Source: Polyangiaceae bacterium (GTDB lineage Bacteria > Myxococcota_A > Polyangia > Polyangiales > Polyangiaceae). Taken from it: a DNA stretch of 64,000 nt. The DNA is taken from positions 1,152,001-1,216,000 of the forward strand of contig CBDCTZ010000014.1 of the NCBI GenBank assembly GCA_965222375.1, in the 5' to 3' direction. Under the pieces are notes generated by a model. It did no database searches and was not told where the DNA came from. It saw nothing but the letters and a program-made list of their open reading frames with translations. Within the stretch, counting starts at the first letter, position 1, and each line of letters starts with the position of its first letter. Made by a program: the position numbers and the translations under genes. Below are positions 19,161 through 28,435 of this stretch, in pieces.

Positions 19161-19913
19161 ATGCGACCGAGCCTAGACTTTAACCTAGAAATGTCTGACA
19201 GCATGGGCGTGGCCTCGGCACGTTGTGGCACAGATGTGGCCAGTGCGCCCACTGAGCGGATCACGCTACCCGATGGTCCCAACGGCCTCAACCTATCCGA
19301 CGAGGCGTTTTTCGCGGTCGGAGATGCGGGAACCTACGACGGTGGCCCCGCGGACGTCGCCGTCGAGCCCGAACTCGAGGATCCTACGACTCTGCCGCCT
19401 CCGCCGCCTTCCCCCGAGCAGCTCAAACGCCGCCGACGGGCCTCCCGCGGGGTAGCGCTCGCGATGGGCGCGTTTGCCGCCATGAGCGTGGTGGCCTTGG
19501 TGCGCATCGGGATCGCGACCGCCCAAAGCGGAAGTGAAGAGCTTGCCGTGGCTGCGCCACCCGCTCCAATTGCGGCGGCGATGGTGGTTGCGCCGAAGGC
19601 CCAGCCCGCACAGGTCGCCGGCGCGGCCAAGCCGCCGCCAGCCGTCGTACCCGCTCCGCCCGAGGCCGCGCCCGAGCCCGAAGTGGCTTCGGAGGAGCCA
19701 GCGCCGGAGACCAAGCGGGCGCCGCCCGCGAAGCAAGCCAAGCGCGTGGTGTTCGTGCCCAAAGCCGCACCTGCCGCACTGCCCGCTGCGCCAGCGGCGT
19801 TGCCGCCCGCCCCGGCCGTTGCCGCCATGCCTCCTGCCGCTCCGGTGGCACCTGCGCCCGCCGCTCCTGCAGCGGCAGGTGTTCCTCCCACCGCATCCTT
19901 CCCGGTCAACTGA
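19161..19913 (+). CDS. Pro/Ala-rich single-pass membrane hypothetical protein
   Basis: DEAFFAVGDAGTYDGG segment, basic stretch before one TM helix, Pro/Ala-rich C-terminus. Confidence 0.7.
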   Translation: MRPSLDFNLEMSDSMGVASARCGTDVASAPTERITLPDGPNGLNLSDEAFFAVGDAGTYDGGPADVAVEPELEDPTTLPPPPPSPEQLKRRRRASRGVALAMGAFAAMSVVALVRIGIATAQSGSEELAVAAPPAPIAAAMVVAPKAQPAQVAGAAKPPPAVVPAPPEAAPEPEVASEEPAPETKRAPPAKQAKRVVFVPKAAPAALPAAPAALPPAPAVAAMPPAAPVAPAPAAPAAAGVPPTASFPVN

Positions 19914-19924
19914 GCCGGGCCTCG

Positions 19925-19978
19925 CGTGACCCGGTCGCGTCGCGTGCCCTGGCGCGCCACGTGACCCGGTCGCGTCGC
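19925..19978. repeat. Two identical 19-bp near-palindromic units (REP-like)
   Basis: CGTGACCCGGTCGCGTCGC at 19925 and 19960, immediately after a stop codon. Confidence 0.7.
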
Positions 19979-20081
19979 CTGTCCGGCTTGCGGCTGCGCC
20001 ACCTGGCTTTGGGTTTGCGGTTCGCGGCGCCGCCAAGGGCCATCGTTCCAGCGGCGATGGGATCGTGACTAGGCTCGCGAC

Positions 20082-21002
20082 GTGAAACTACGTGACGTCA
20101 TTGCCGCCCACGACAACGCGACGGGACCCAACTCCATCCGCGATGTCGTCGGCGATGGCTACCTCTACGCAGCCAACCCCTTCGCGCGCCGCGTGCGCGA
20201 CGCAGCGCTGTCGCGGGGCTATCGCTTCGTGCCCGACAAGAGCTCCTACTTCGGCTTTCCCCTGCTCGGCCTGGAGGCGCTCCTCGACTCGCGCCTGATC
20301 CCCCACCGCTGCAGCATGCCGCCCTTGCGCTGGCTGGAAGACAAACGCCCAGACTTCTTCAAGCTGAAAGATCTGGACGACAACCGCCCTGCGCCCAACT
20401 ACTTGCTCCACGAAAGCGCCCACGCCGTGGCTTTTCGGCAGGTGTTCGGCCAGCAACGCGCCGCCATCGTCTTTGCCGATCCAGATTGCCTGCCCGGCAC
20501 GTTCATGGGCGAGGCCTTCGCCATGACCGCCGAGTACTTCGCGGCTTGTGCCGTACGCGGCAAGTTGCATCGCTGGTTCTTCTCGATCTCGTCCTATCGA
20601 CACCGGGTGCCTGCAAAAAAGGCCATTGCACACTGCATCGACGCCCTGGGGCCGGAGCCCGTCGTGCTGAGCGTCCTGCTCGGCTTCGTGCTCAACAACC
20701 ACCTCGTCGAGCCCCTGAAACTGCGGCACCTCGAGCGCATCGCCGCGCTGATGCCGTCCGAGTGGCGTGAAGGTGCCAAAGGCAAGGTGCACAAGCAGCT
20801 ACTCGCCGCTCAGAATCGTCTCATGGTCATGAGCCCAGAGTTCCGTACCCAAACGGCGCGGCTATTCCTGACCACCTACGGTCGCGATCGAGATCTGCGT
20901 CGCAGCCTCAGCGACGACCCCCTCGCGGCCTTTGAGGAAAGCGACGCCCTCACCGCCCATGCCCACGCTCTGACGCGCTTGCTCTGTGGTTCGGCCGACT
21001 GA
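20082..21002 (+). CDS. Hypothetical protein with HExxH motif
   Basis: LLHESAHAVA followed by GEAFA; no signal peptide seen. Confidence 0.7.
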   Translation: MKLRDVIAAHDNATGPNSIRDVVGDGYLYAANPFARRVRDAALSRGYRFVPDKSSYFGFPLLGLEALLDSRLIPHRCSMPPLRWLEDKRPDFFKLKDLDDNRPAPNYLLHESAHAVAFRQVFGQQRAAIVFADPDCLPGTFMGEAFAMTAEYFAACAVRGKLHRWFFSISSYRHRVPAKKAIAHCIDALGPEPVVLSVLLGFVLNNHLVEPLKLRHLERIAALMPSEWREGAKGKVHKQLLAAQNRLMVMSPEFRTQTARLFLTTYGRDRDLRRSLSDDPLAAFEESDALTAHAHALTRLLCGSAD

Positions 21003-21193
21003 GTCAGGGGGCGGGTTTGGGTTTTTGGGGGATGTGGCGCTTCAACACGTCATCGGGAGATGTCCGCGGCGACCATGGGTTCAGCGGTCCGCGTGGGGTA
21101 TCCAATAGCAACGACCTCGCCGCAGTTGGCGCCCCGCTCTTCAGCACCCAGAAACCCTTCTGAGCGAGCCCCACGCACGAGGCACGAAGTCCC

Positions 21194-22957
21194 CTACAGC
21201 TTCACGCTTGCGGTCAGGTGCGTCGGACGCAGGCGGCGCGCCTTGGGAAACACGGCTAGGCTGCTTTGGCGTAACAAGATCATGCTGCCGCCGTAGTGGC
21301 TGACGGGGTAGTCGAAGCCGGTCACTTTGCCCACGACCTTGCCGCTGTCGTCCTTGAGCTCGATTGTGCGCTCGTCACCTAGGGGTGACGAGCCGAGGTC
21401 CTTGTCCTGTCCCCAAGAGACGCTGCCATCTTCTTCGACCAGGAGTGTGCGGTAGCGACCCGGCGCGCGCCGGAGATCCGGCAGGATGAAGTCCGCGCTG
21501 CCGTGTACGGCCTGCTGGCGGGTGAACAACTTGTCGAAGTTGTAGTCCGAAAACCACGTCGGATCGCAGTAGCTCATCACGTCTTTGTATTTGCCGGGGT
21601 CGATCAGCTTCTTCGCGATCAAGTCGTAACCCCAAACGCCGATCTTGCCGCCAGAGTAGGGAAAGGGGCCAGCGTTCGAGGTGCCACAGGGCGCGTGAGG
21701 CAGACCGTGGGCATGGCCGATCTCGTGGGCCATGGTGTCGCCGCTGCCCGAGTAGCCGCCGGTGGGAAAGAAGCCCAAGCCGATGGAACCCCGGGCCCAA
21801 ACATCCCCGGCTTTGGCCAGGGGGGACAGGCCCGCGATGCAGCCTCCGGCGCAGTACTGACTAAAGCTCTGCTGCGGCGTCAGCACACCGTAGTAGTACT
21901 TCTGGCTCGCAGGCTTGTCTCCGGAGCGCACGCTGAGCAATTTGTCGAGGGCGGCATTCCAACTCGAGCCGCTCTTGCCCGAGACGGAGCCCGGAAGGGT
22001 GACCGGGTCGCGCAGGGTGAGCTTGACGTTGGGCACCGGATAGAGCCGGTACAGGTAGTCCTTGTATTCCTGGAGCCGCGAGGCGCTGACGTCCGGCTTG
22101 ATGCCGTTGACGACGAGGGGCACGAGCACGACTTCGAGGTCGCCTCCCGTGGCGGCGGCGCTCAGGGCGATCGTTCCCGAACTCGGCGCCCGCGCGCCGG
22201 ACGTCGAGCCCGTCGCGCTGGAGGACGTGGCCTCCAGGAGCGACACGGAGAAGTTCACCCCCGGAGTGATGCGTGCGGCAGGTACCTCGATATTGAAGGT
22301 GCTCGCTAGGGATCCATCCGTCGATGCTGCGGACACCGTGCGTTTGGCGTCCAAGGTCGGACCGTTGCCCAGGTCCAAGCGCGCGACGATTTCACGAGAC
22401 GAAAACCCGGACTCCGGCGACACGAATACACGAACTAGCGCGTTGCGACCGCTCACCACGGGCCCGTTGCGGTCGTTGACTGGGCTGCCTCCTTTGAACA
22501 GCGTGACCTTGGTGCCCTGATAGATGGCCACGGTTTGGATCGACAGACCTCGCGCGAGATCGCCGGTGGCCGGCAGCGGGCCGCTGCCGCTACCGCCCGT
22601 GGACGAGGTTCCGCCGCTGCTCGTCGCGCCCCCCGTGGACGTCGCGCCCCCGCTCTGTCCTCCGCTGGTGCCTCCGGAGCCTCCTGTCGACGGGTTGCCC
22701 GCTGTGGAACCCGAGCCGCCCGTCGCACTGGAGCTGCCGCCGCTCGAGGTTCCGGGATCCGGGATCGGCGTGATGTCGTCTCCGCAGGCGTCGCGACATC
22801 GAAGTGGATCACCCGCGGAGCACACACACAGTTCGAAACAGTTCGTCGGCGCGGCGCATACCGGTCCATCGACGGCCGGGCCGGAGATCTCGCCCGTGCA
22901 GGCCAGCATCAACGGAGCGAGGAACAACCACTTGGAACCGCGAGCAGAGGGCATCAT
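21194..22957 (-). CDS. M66-like zinc metallopeptidase lipoprotein
   Basis: Lipobox LMLAC, Gly/Ser/Thr linker, HEIGHAHGLPHAPCG, DVMSYC Met-turn. Confidence 0.85.
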   Translation of the reverse strand: MMPSARGSKWLFLAPLMLACTGEISGPAVDGPVCAAPTNCFELCVCSAGDPLRCRDACGDDITPIPDPGTSSGGSSSATGGSGSTAGNPSTGGSGGTSGGQSGGATSTGGATSSGGTSSTGGSGSGPLPATGDLARGLSIQTVAIYQGTKVTLFKGGSPVNDRNGPVVSGRNALVRVFVSPESGFSSREIVARLDLGNGPTLDAKRTVSAASTDGSLASTFNIEVPAARITPGVNFSVSLLEATSSSATGSTSGARAPSSGTIALSAAATGGDLEVVLVPLVVNGIKPDVSASRLQEYKDYLYRLYPVPNVKLTLRDPVTLPGSVSGKSGSSWNAALDKLLSVRSGDKPASQKYYYGVLTPQQSFSQYCAGGCIAGLSPLAKAGDVWARGSIGLGFFPTGGYSGSGDTMAHEIGHAHGLPHAPCGTSNAGPFPYSGGKIGVWGYDLIAKKLIDPGKYKDVMSYCDPTWFSDYNFDKLFTRQQAVHGSADFILPDLRRAPGRYRTLLVEEDGSVSWGQDKDLGSSPLGDERTIELKDDSGKVVGKVTGFDYPVSHYGGSMILLRQSSLAVFPKARRLRPTHLTASVKL

Positions 22958-23063
22958 GGCCTCGGCTTGTGCAGTGCCCGTGCCATTCACTCAGACTGGA
23001 AAAACAGCCTGTTTCCGAGGTCGACATGGTCTGCTGAACCAGACCGTCCGGTATGGAAGAACC

Positions 23064-24788
23064 TCAGCGTCGGGCTTCGGCGTGGGTCTCGCTGCGCAGG
23101 GACGCAGCAGTGCGCAAGGCAGCCGGCACGGGTTGGGCCAGCTGAGCCGGCTCGTCGGGGGCGTGAGCGCCGCCGAAGGCTTCTTTGTACACACTGCGTC
23201 CAACCACGTGCGCGGCAGCCACGACGCCGCTGGTCATCGCGCCCATGATGCCGTGAGCCGTGCGCAGGCTGGCGCCGCACAGCAGCAACCCCGGGATCTC
23301 GGTTTCCGCACCGGGCCGGCGATGTAAGAACTGGCTGCGGATCAAGGCCAGGCCATAGGACGTGCCGCCCGTCGAACCCGTGTAGCGGGTGTGGGTGAGG
23401 GGAGTCGCGACCTCTTCGAAGACGACGTTGTCTTCCAAAGTCGGGAAGACCTGGGCGGCGCCCGCTCGCATGCGCTGGGCAAACTCAGCCTTGCAGCGGG
23501 CGTAGGCTTCCGAGTCGCTGTAGCTGCCGTCGCAGGCTTCGGCTTCGGTGACACCCCAGGCTGCGAGTTGGCTGGGCACCACCGTCATCAGCTGCAGGTT
23601 CAACACGCCTTCTGGCGCGAGGCGTGGGTTGTCCGGATCCTTGAGGGACGCCAGGGTGGCGTAAACGGGTGGCGCGTCCGTCATGCGACCCGCACGACAG
23701 TCGCGATAGAAACCCTCGATGTCCGTGCTCGGGTACACGAAATAGTTCGTGTTTCGAGTGCGCTCTCCTAGTGCCTCTTGCTTCATGCCCAGGTAAGTCA
23801 CCCCAAGAGCTGGAGCCATTTCCCAATTCCTGGCCCGGGATCGGGTCTTGGGGGACACCGCGCCGGCATCGACCAGGTCGAGAAGTGTCTTCTTGATGTC
23901 GGCGTTGGAGATCACCGTGTCGGTGGCGACGAAGCGGCGACCGACGTGCTTGTTTTCCAGTTCGACTCCGGCGGCCTTGCCGCCTTGCACTCGGATCTTC
24001 TTGACCCGGGTGGACAGGAGCAACTTGCCGCCAGCCGACTCGATGGCGTCCGCTAGCGCGTCGGCCGGAACCTGTCCGCCGCCCAGGGGGTAGTAGCCGC
24101 CATCCTCGAGGTAGTGAAGCATCAGCCCGAGGTGCAGGACCAAGGACGCGCGACTGGGGGGCTCCGCATAGGTACCGTTTTCCGCAGCCAAAACCGTGCG
24201 CAATAGGGGGTCTTGGGTGCAACTATCCAGGAAGCTGCCCAGAGTGGAATCGACCCAGCGCAGCGCTTTGAGGGCGCTCCAGGCTTGCCCCCGGGACCAC
24301 TGCAAGGCGCGCCGGGGCTTCTGTGCGGCGCGTTGCAGATCCGCTGCGGCGGAGAGTAGGTCGACGTAGCGATCGATACCGGCTCGCTCCGAGGGGAAGT
24401 GCTCGATCAAACGTGCGCGATAGGCCTCGATGCCAACGGGTACGCGAAACTCGAGGTCCTCGCACACGATGGTGTCGAAGCCATCCGGGTCCATGCGACC
24501 GAAGCGCACGCCCTTGGCACCCGCTGCGCTGAGGATCCGCGGCAGCATGCCGTCTTTGCCGCACTGCCCCAGGTAGTGCACGCCCACGTCGAATTCGTAG
24601 CCCGGGCGCTTGAAGATCGTCGCATTGCCACCGGGAACGTAGTGCTGGTCCAGCACCAAAACGCTGCGACCGCGTTGGGCAAGCAGAGCACCCGCGGTCA
24701 GGCCCCCCATCCCGGCACCGATGATGACGACATCGAAGCGGTCCTGGTCCAAACGCCGAAAACGGTCGTAGCGAGCTATCGTTGCCAT
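23064..24788 (-). CDS. Phytoene desaturase / retinol saturase family FAD oxidoreductase
   Basis: IIGAGMGGL, FDVGVHY, YPLGGGQ, ATPLTHTRYTGSTGGTSYG. Confidence 0.9.
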   Translation of the reverse strand: MATIARYDRFRRLDQDRFDVVIIGAGMGGLTAGALLAQRGRSVLVLDQHYVPGGNATIFKRPGYEFDVGVHYLGQCGKDGMLPRILSAAGAKGVRFGRMDPDGFDTIVCEDLEFRVPVGIEAYRARLIEHFPSERAGIDRYVDLLSAAADLQRAAQKPRRALQWSRGQAWSALKALRWVDSTLGSFLDSCTQDPLLRTVLAAENGTYAEPPSRASLVLHLGLMLHYLEDGGYYPLGGGQVPADALADAIESAGGKLLLSTRVKKIRVQGGKAAGVELENKHVGRRFVATDTVISNADIKKTLLDLVDAGAVSPKTRSRARNWEMAPALGVTYLGMKQEALGERTRNTNYFVYPSTDIEGFYRDCRAGRMTDAPPVYATLASLKDPDNPRLAPEGVLNLQLMTVVPSQLAAWGVTEAEACDGSYSDSEAYARCKAEFAQRMRAGAAQVFPTLEDNVVFEEVATPLTHTRYTGSTGGTSYGLALIRSQFLHRRPGAETEIPGLLLCGASLRTAHGIMGAMTSGVVAAAHVVGRSVYKEAFGGAHAPDEPAQLAQPVPAALRTAASLRSETHAEARR

Positions 24789-24828
24789 GCGGGGCACTCC
24801 TTTGTGGGCGACGAGAAGCTTGCGCTCG

Positions 24829-24849
24829 AATCTTTACGCTGTCAAGATT
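24829..24849. promoter_or_regulatory. Palindromic operator, probably for the adjacent TetR regulator
   Basis: AATCTTTAC-GCT-GTCAAGATT (one mismatch) in the short divergent gap. Confidence 0.7.
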
Positions 24850-24853
24850 GGGC

Positions 24854-25531
24854 ATGGCTCGCGCCAAACGACCCAAAAAGCCGCTGAAACGAAAGCCTGC
24901 CGGGCGTTACCACCACGGCGACCTGCGCCAAGAGCTCGTGCGCGCCAGCCGTCGTATCGTCGCCGAAGATGGCATCGGCGCGCTCACCTTTCGTGAGGTG
25001 GCGCGTCGAGTTGGCGTCAGCCATGCGGCGCCAGCGCATCACTTCGAGGACAAGACGGCGCTGCTTGCCGCCGTGGCCGCCGAGGGCTTCGTCGAGCTCA
25101 CCGACGCCTTGTCTCAGGCGCTGCTCGGCGCCGGAGAGCAAGCCGTGCATCGCCTCAACGCGACGGGCGTGGCCTACGTCACCTACGCCGCCGAGCATCC
25201 CAGCTTGTTTCGACTCATGTTCGGCAGAGAGCTCTCGGCGTGCAAAGACGAGGATTTCCTGGGATCCTCAGCCCGAGCGTACGAAGTCCTCGATTCGGCG
25301 TCTCGGGACGTGATCCGTGAGCATGGTGGCGCGGATCCGGCGGAGCGCCAGGTCGTCATCGCGGGTGCGTGGTCGTTGGTGCACGGCATGAGCATGCTCT
25401 GGCTCGATGGGCGGCTGACCCCCGGAAACCGAAGTCCAGGTGCCCTGACCTCGCTGGCTCGCCGCGTCACGGATCTGATCAGCCGCGCCCTCTTGGCCGA
25501 CCCTAGCCCGTGGGGTTTCCAGGCCGGCTGA
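24854..25531 (+). CDS. TetR/AcrR transcriptional regulator (WHG-type C-terminal domain)
   Basis: YHHGDLR, LTFREVARRVGVSHAAPAHHF, AWSLVHG. Confidence 0.92.
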   Translation: MARAKRPKKPLKRKPAGRYHHGDLRQELVRASRRIVAEDGIGALTFREVARRVGVSHAAPAHHFEDKTALLAAVAAEGFVELTDALSQALLGAGEQAVHRLNATGVAYVTYAAEHPSLFRLMFGRELSACKDEDFLGSSARAYEVLDSASRDVIREHGGADPAERQVVIAGAWSLVHGMSMLWLDGRLTPGNRSPGALTSLARRVTDLISRALLADPSPWGFQAG

Positions 25532-25576
25532 CGCATCTCATGGGGCTCCCGTCGTCTCGGGGCGTAGGCTCGGTGA

Positions 25577-26791
25577 ATGGCGCTGCCACGGACCAAACGC
25601 CTCCCGGTTGTCGAGACAGAGTGCAAGCCCCTGCTTGCGGTTTGGGAAATCACGCTGCGCTGTGATCAGCGCTGCCGCTTCTGCGGCACTCGCGCTGGCA
25701 AGGGTCACCCCCAAGAACTGAGCACCGAAGAGGCGCTGGATGTCGTGCAGCAGCTCGCAGAGATGGGCACGGCGGAAGTGGCTGTGCATGGGGGCGAGGC
25801 CTACTTGCGCAAGGACTGGCTCGAGATCGTCGCGGCCATTGTCGAGCGGGGCATGGACTGCACCATGGTGACCGGGGGTCGCGGATTCTCCGCAGAGCTG
25901 GCCCGAGCGACCCAGTCCGCCGGCATCACCGCCGTGAGCGTTTCCGTGGACGGAACCGAGTCCACCCACGACGAGTTACGCGGCATCGCCGGCAGCCACG
26001 CCAGTGCGCGCAGTGCTTTGCAGAACCTCGCTGACGCGGGCGTGCCTGTGGGCTGCAACACGCAGATCAACCGCAAGAACTTCCGAGAGCTCGATGCGAT
26101 TGCCGATGTGGCCATCGCCAGCGGCGCTTACGGTTGGCAGGTGCAACTCATGGTGCCCATGGGCCGCGCGGCCGACGCTGAAGATCTCTGGCTCGAGCCC
26201 TACGACATTCTCGAGGTCATGCCGCGCATCGCCGAGCTGCGACAGCGCTGCGACGACCATGGCGTCCACCTCTGGCCCGGCAACAACGTCGGCTACTTCG
26301 GCCCCTACGAGTACCTTCTGCGCAAGGACCGAACCCGCACTGGCTTTTCCAGCGGCTGCGGCGGTGGGATCCGGACCATTGGCATCGAAGCCAACGGTGA
26401 CATCAAGGGTTGCTCGGCCATGGCGTCCAAAGGCTTCGTGGGCGGGAATGTCCGGAGCAAGTCGATTCGCGAGATTTGGGATCACGCACCGGAGCTGCAG
26501 TTCACGCGAGGTTTTCTGTTGGACGATCTCTGGGGCCAGTGCCGATCTTGCTACTACGCGATGACATGCAAGGGTGGCTGCATCTGGACGTCGAGCACCC
26601 TATTGGGAAGGGCTGGGAACAACCCCTATTGTCATCATCGGGCCCTGGAGTTGCTCGCGCGAGGGCAGCGCGAGGTCCTACGCCGTGTCGAAGAGGCTCC
26701 CGGCGAACTTCGAGATACGGCGCGCTTCGAACTATCCGTTGAAGATGCGCCGGCCGAATGGGCCAGCGCATTGCCCGTGGCGTATTCGTGA
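25577..26791 (+). CDS. Radical SAM/SPASM peptide maturase, PlpX (splicease)-like
   Basis: AVWEITLRCDQRCRFCGTRAG; PGNNVGYFGPYE; IGIEANGDIKGC; LWGQCRSCYYAMTCKGGC; GNNPYCHHRAL. Confidence 0.85.
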   Translation: MALPRTKRLPVVETECKPLLAVWEITLRCDQRCRFCGTRAGKGHPQELSTEEALDVVQQLAEMGTAEVAVHGGEAYLRKDWLEIVAAIVERGMDCTMVTGGRGFSAELARATQSAGITAVSVSVDGTESTHDELRGIAGSHASARSALQNLADAGVPVGCNTQINRKNFRELDAIADVAIASGAYGWQVQLMVPMGRAADAEDLWLEPYDILEVMPRIAELRQRCDDHGVHLWPGNNVGYFGPYEYLLRKDRTRTGFSSGCGGGIRTIGIEANGDIKGCSAMASKGFVGGNVRSKSIREIWDHAPELQFTRGFLLDDLWGQCRSCYYAMTCKGGCIWTSSTLLGRAGNNPYCHHRALELLARGQREVLRRVEEAPGELRDTARFELSVEDAPAEWASALPVAYS

Positions 26792-27041
26792 TCATCAATT
26801 GAGACGGGCCGGGCGCTTTTCGCCGACGTTGCGGCGGATGAGTCCACACGAGCGCGAGGCCGTCGATTTCGCAATCAAGGCTCCTCGGTTTATGCACTCC
26901 GCTGCCCATGGACAACTTGCCGGTGGGCGAGCGTGGCCCAGGGCAAGAGTAGTGGCCCAACGCCGCCACAGCACTCCGTCGGGTATCACGAAGCGCGTCG
27001 CTCGACCCCAAACCCAACCAGCAACCGGGGCGTGTTCTTGT

Positions 27042-27491
27042 TCAGCCGGCGTCGAAGGGCGGTGGACCATAGGCGGGAAGCGCACCACCAAATCCGCTTT
27101 GCGCGCCGGTGCCGCCATCCGTGCCGGCCGTTCCGCCAACGCCAGCTCCACCGTCAATGGGAGGAGGAGGGCCATAGGCAGGTAGGGCGCCACCGAATCC
27201 GCTTTGCGCGCCGGTGCCGGCGGTACCCGCTTGGCCACCCTGGCCCGCGGTGCCTCCGCTTCCACCGCCACCTGTCGCGCCACTGCCACCCGTCGCGCCG
27301 GTGCCTCCGCTGCCGTCGCTCTCGTCGCTGCCTCCGCAACCAGACACGGTGAAGGACAGCCCCACTGCGACCGCGGCACTCACTCCCGCGCGTCCAGCGC
27401 GCAGTTGGCGCCCGCGCGCACAGAAAGGGCAATCGGTTTCGCTGTCCTTGATGTAGCGGGTGCAGCGGGGGCAAAGGGAAAACTCGTCCAT
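27042..27491 (-). CDS. Zn-ribbon + Gly-rich lipoprotein with two ALPAYGPPP repeats; candidate maturase substrate
   Basis: Strong RBS AGGAGG; CPRC-x12-CPFC; lipobox TVSGC; duplicated GTGAQSGFGGALPAYGPPP. Confidence 0.8.
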   Translation of the reverse strand: MDEFSLCPRCTRYIKDSETDCPFCARGRQLRAGRAGVSAAVAVGLSFTVSGCGGSDESDGSGGTGATGGSGATGGGGSGGTAGQGGQAGTAGTGAQSGFGGALPAYGPPPPIDGGAGVGGTAGTDGGTGAQSGFGGALPAYGPPPFDAG

Positions 27492-27550
27492 GGCAGTCCT
27501 CCTCCTGCGTGGATCAAAGCGCAACTCGCGGCGAGGCGCTTTGATCGGCG

Positions 27551-28162
27551 TCAAGAAGTGCCGGGCGCGTCGGCCTTGTCGGCGATGAACCAGGCGAAAC
27601 TGCCGAAAAGCGCCTGGCTGCGCTGGACCGTGAAACCGGCGTCGGCGAGGGCGTTGCCAAAGCCTTCCTGGTCGAAGCGATCCTCCATGGGGTGGTCGAG
27701 CAACCGCCGCCACAGCGGATGCAGGATGAAGCGCGCCAGGACTTCTTCGCAGTAGAAGCGCCCTCCGGGCTTGAGCACACGGTGCAGTTCAGCCAGGGCG
27801 TCACGCCAGTTCGGAACGTGATGGATGATCCCGAAGTCGAAGACGGCGTCGTAGCTCGCGTCGTCGACGGGGATCTCCGTCACGCTGCCAGTCCACAGGC
27901 GCACGCTGCTGCCGCGGCCCAGGACTCGCCTCCGCGCCAACTCCACCATGTGGGCGTCGAGGTCGAAAGCGTCGACCTTGGCCGCGCCGAACACGTCGAA
28001 GATGATCTCCACGCCGCGCCCGCGCCCACAGCCGACTTCGAGACAGTGTTTCCCGTTGACCGTGCCACCCAAGTCGGCCAGCACCCGCGCCTCGTAGTGA
28101 CGCTGGATCGCCGCGCGCACGGGGTTGTTCATCATGGCCTTCTCGACCCGATTGAGCAGCAT
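27551..28162 (-). CDS. Class I SAM-dependent methyltransferase
   Basis: CLEVGCGRG, AFDLD, YDAVFDFGIIHH, RVLKPGG. Confidence 0.9.
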   Translation of the reverse strand: MLLNRVEKAMMNNPVRAAIQRHYEARVLADLGGTVNGKHCLEVGCGRGRGVEIIFDVFGAAKVDAFDLDAHMVELARRRVLGRGSSVRLWTGSVTEIPVDDASYDAVFDFGIIHHVPNWRDALAELHRVLKPGGRFYCEEVLARFILHPLWRRLLDHPMEDRFDQEGFGNALADAGFTVQRSQALFGSFAWFIADKADAPGTS

Positions 28163-28345
28163 GCAACTGGTGTAACCACGACCGGCCTAGCGCGCCAGCC
28201 CTGGAGACCCACCCCGCAAGCAGCCGGCCATGCAAGCAGCCGGCCATGTAGGATGGAGTGCGACACCGCGAGAAAGGCCGAAGCCAATGACCGACCGCGC
28301 CTATCGGCCTTTATTGGGTCATGAGCCGCTGCAAGGTGCAGAAAG

Positions 28346-28429
28346 GGATCGACACAGGATCCAAATTTTGATCTAAGTCCGGCGTCGAGATATTTCTGGA
28401 TCGACAAACACTCGGACTTTTGATCTAAG
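28346..28429. promoter_or_regulatory. Two bipartite operator-like sites, 52-bp period
   Basis: GGATCGACA-N11-TTTTGATCTAAG at 28346 and 28398 directly upstream of the SNF2 gene. Confidence 0.65.
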
Positions 28430-28435
28430 CCTATT

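Noticed and set aside
26795..27040. Small RRE/PlpY-like gene between the rSAM gene and the lipoprotein
   Set aside because: No ORF with a credible start or PqqD-like pattern
28346..28429. Mini-CRISPR interpretation of the repeats here and at 13298-13524
   Set aside because: Only two units, internal variable spacer, no cas genes
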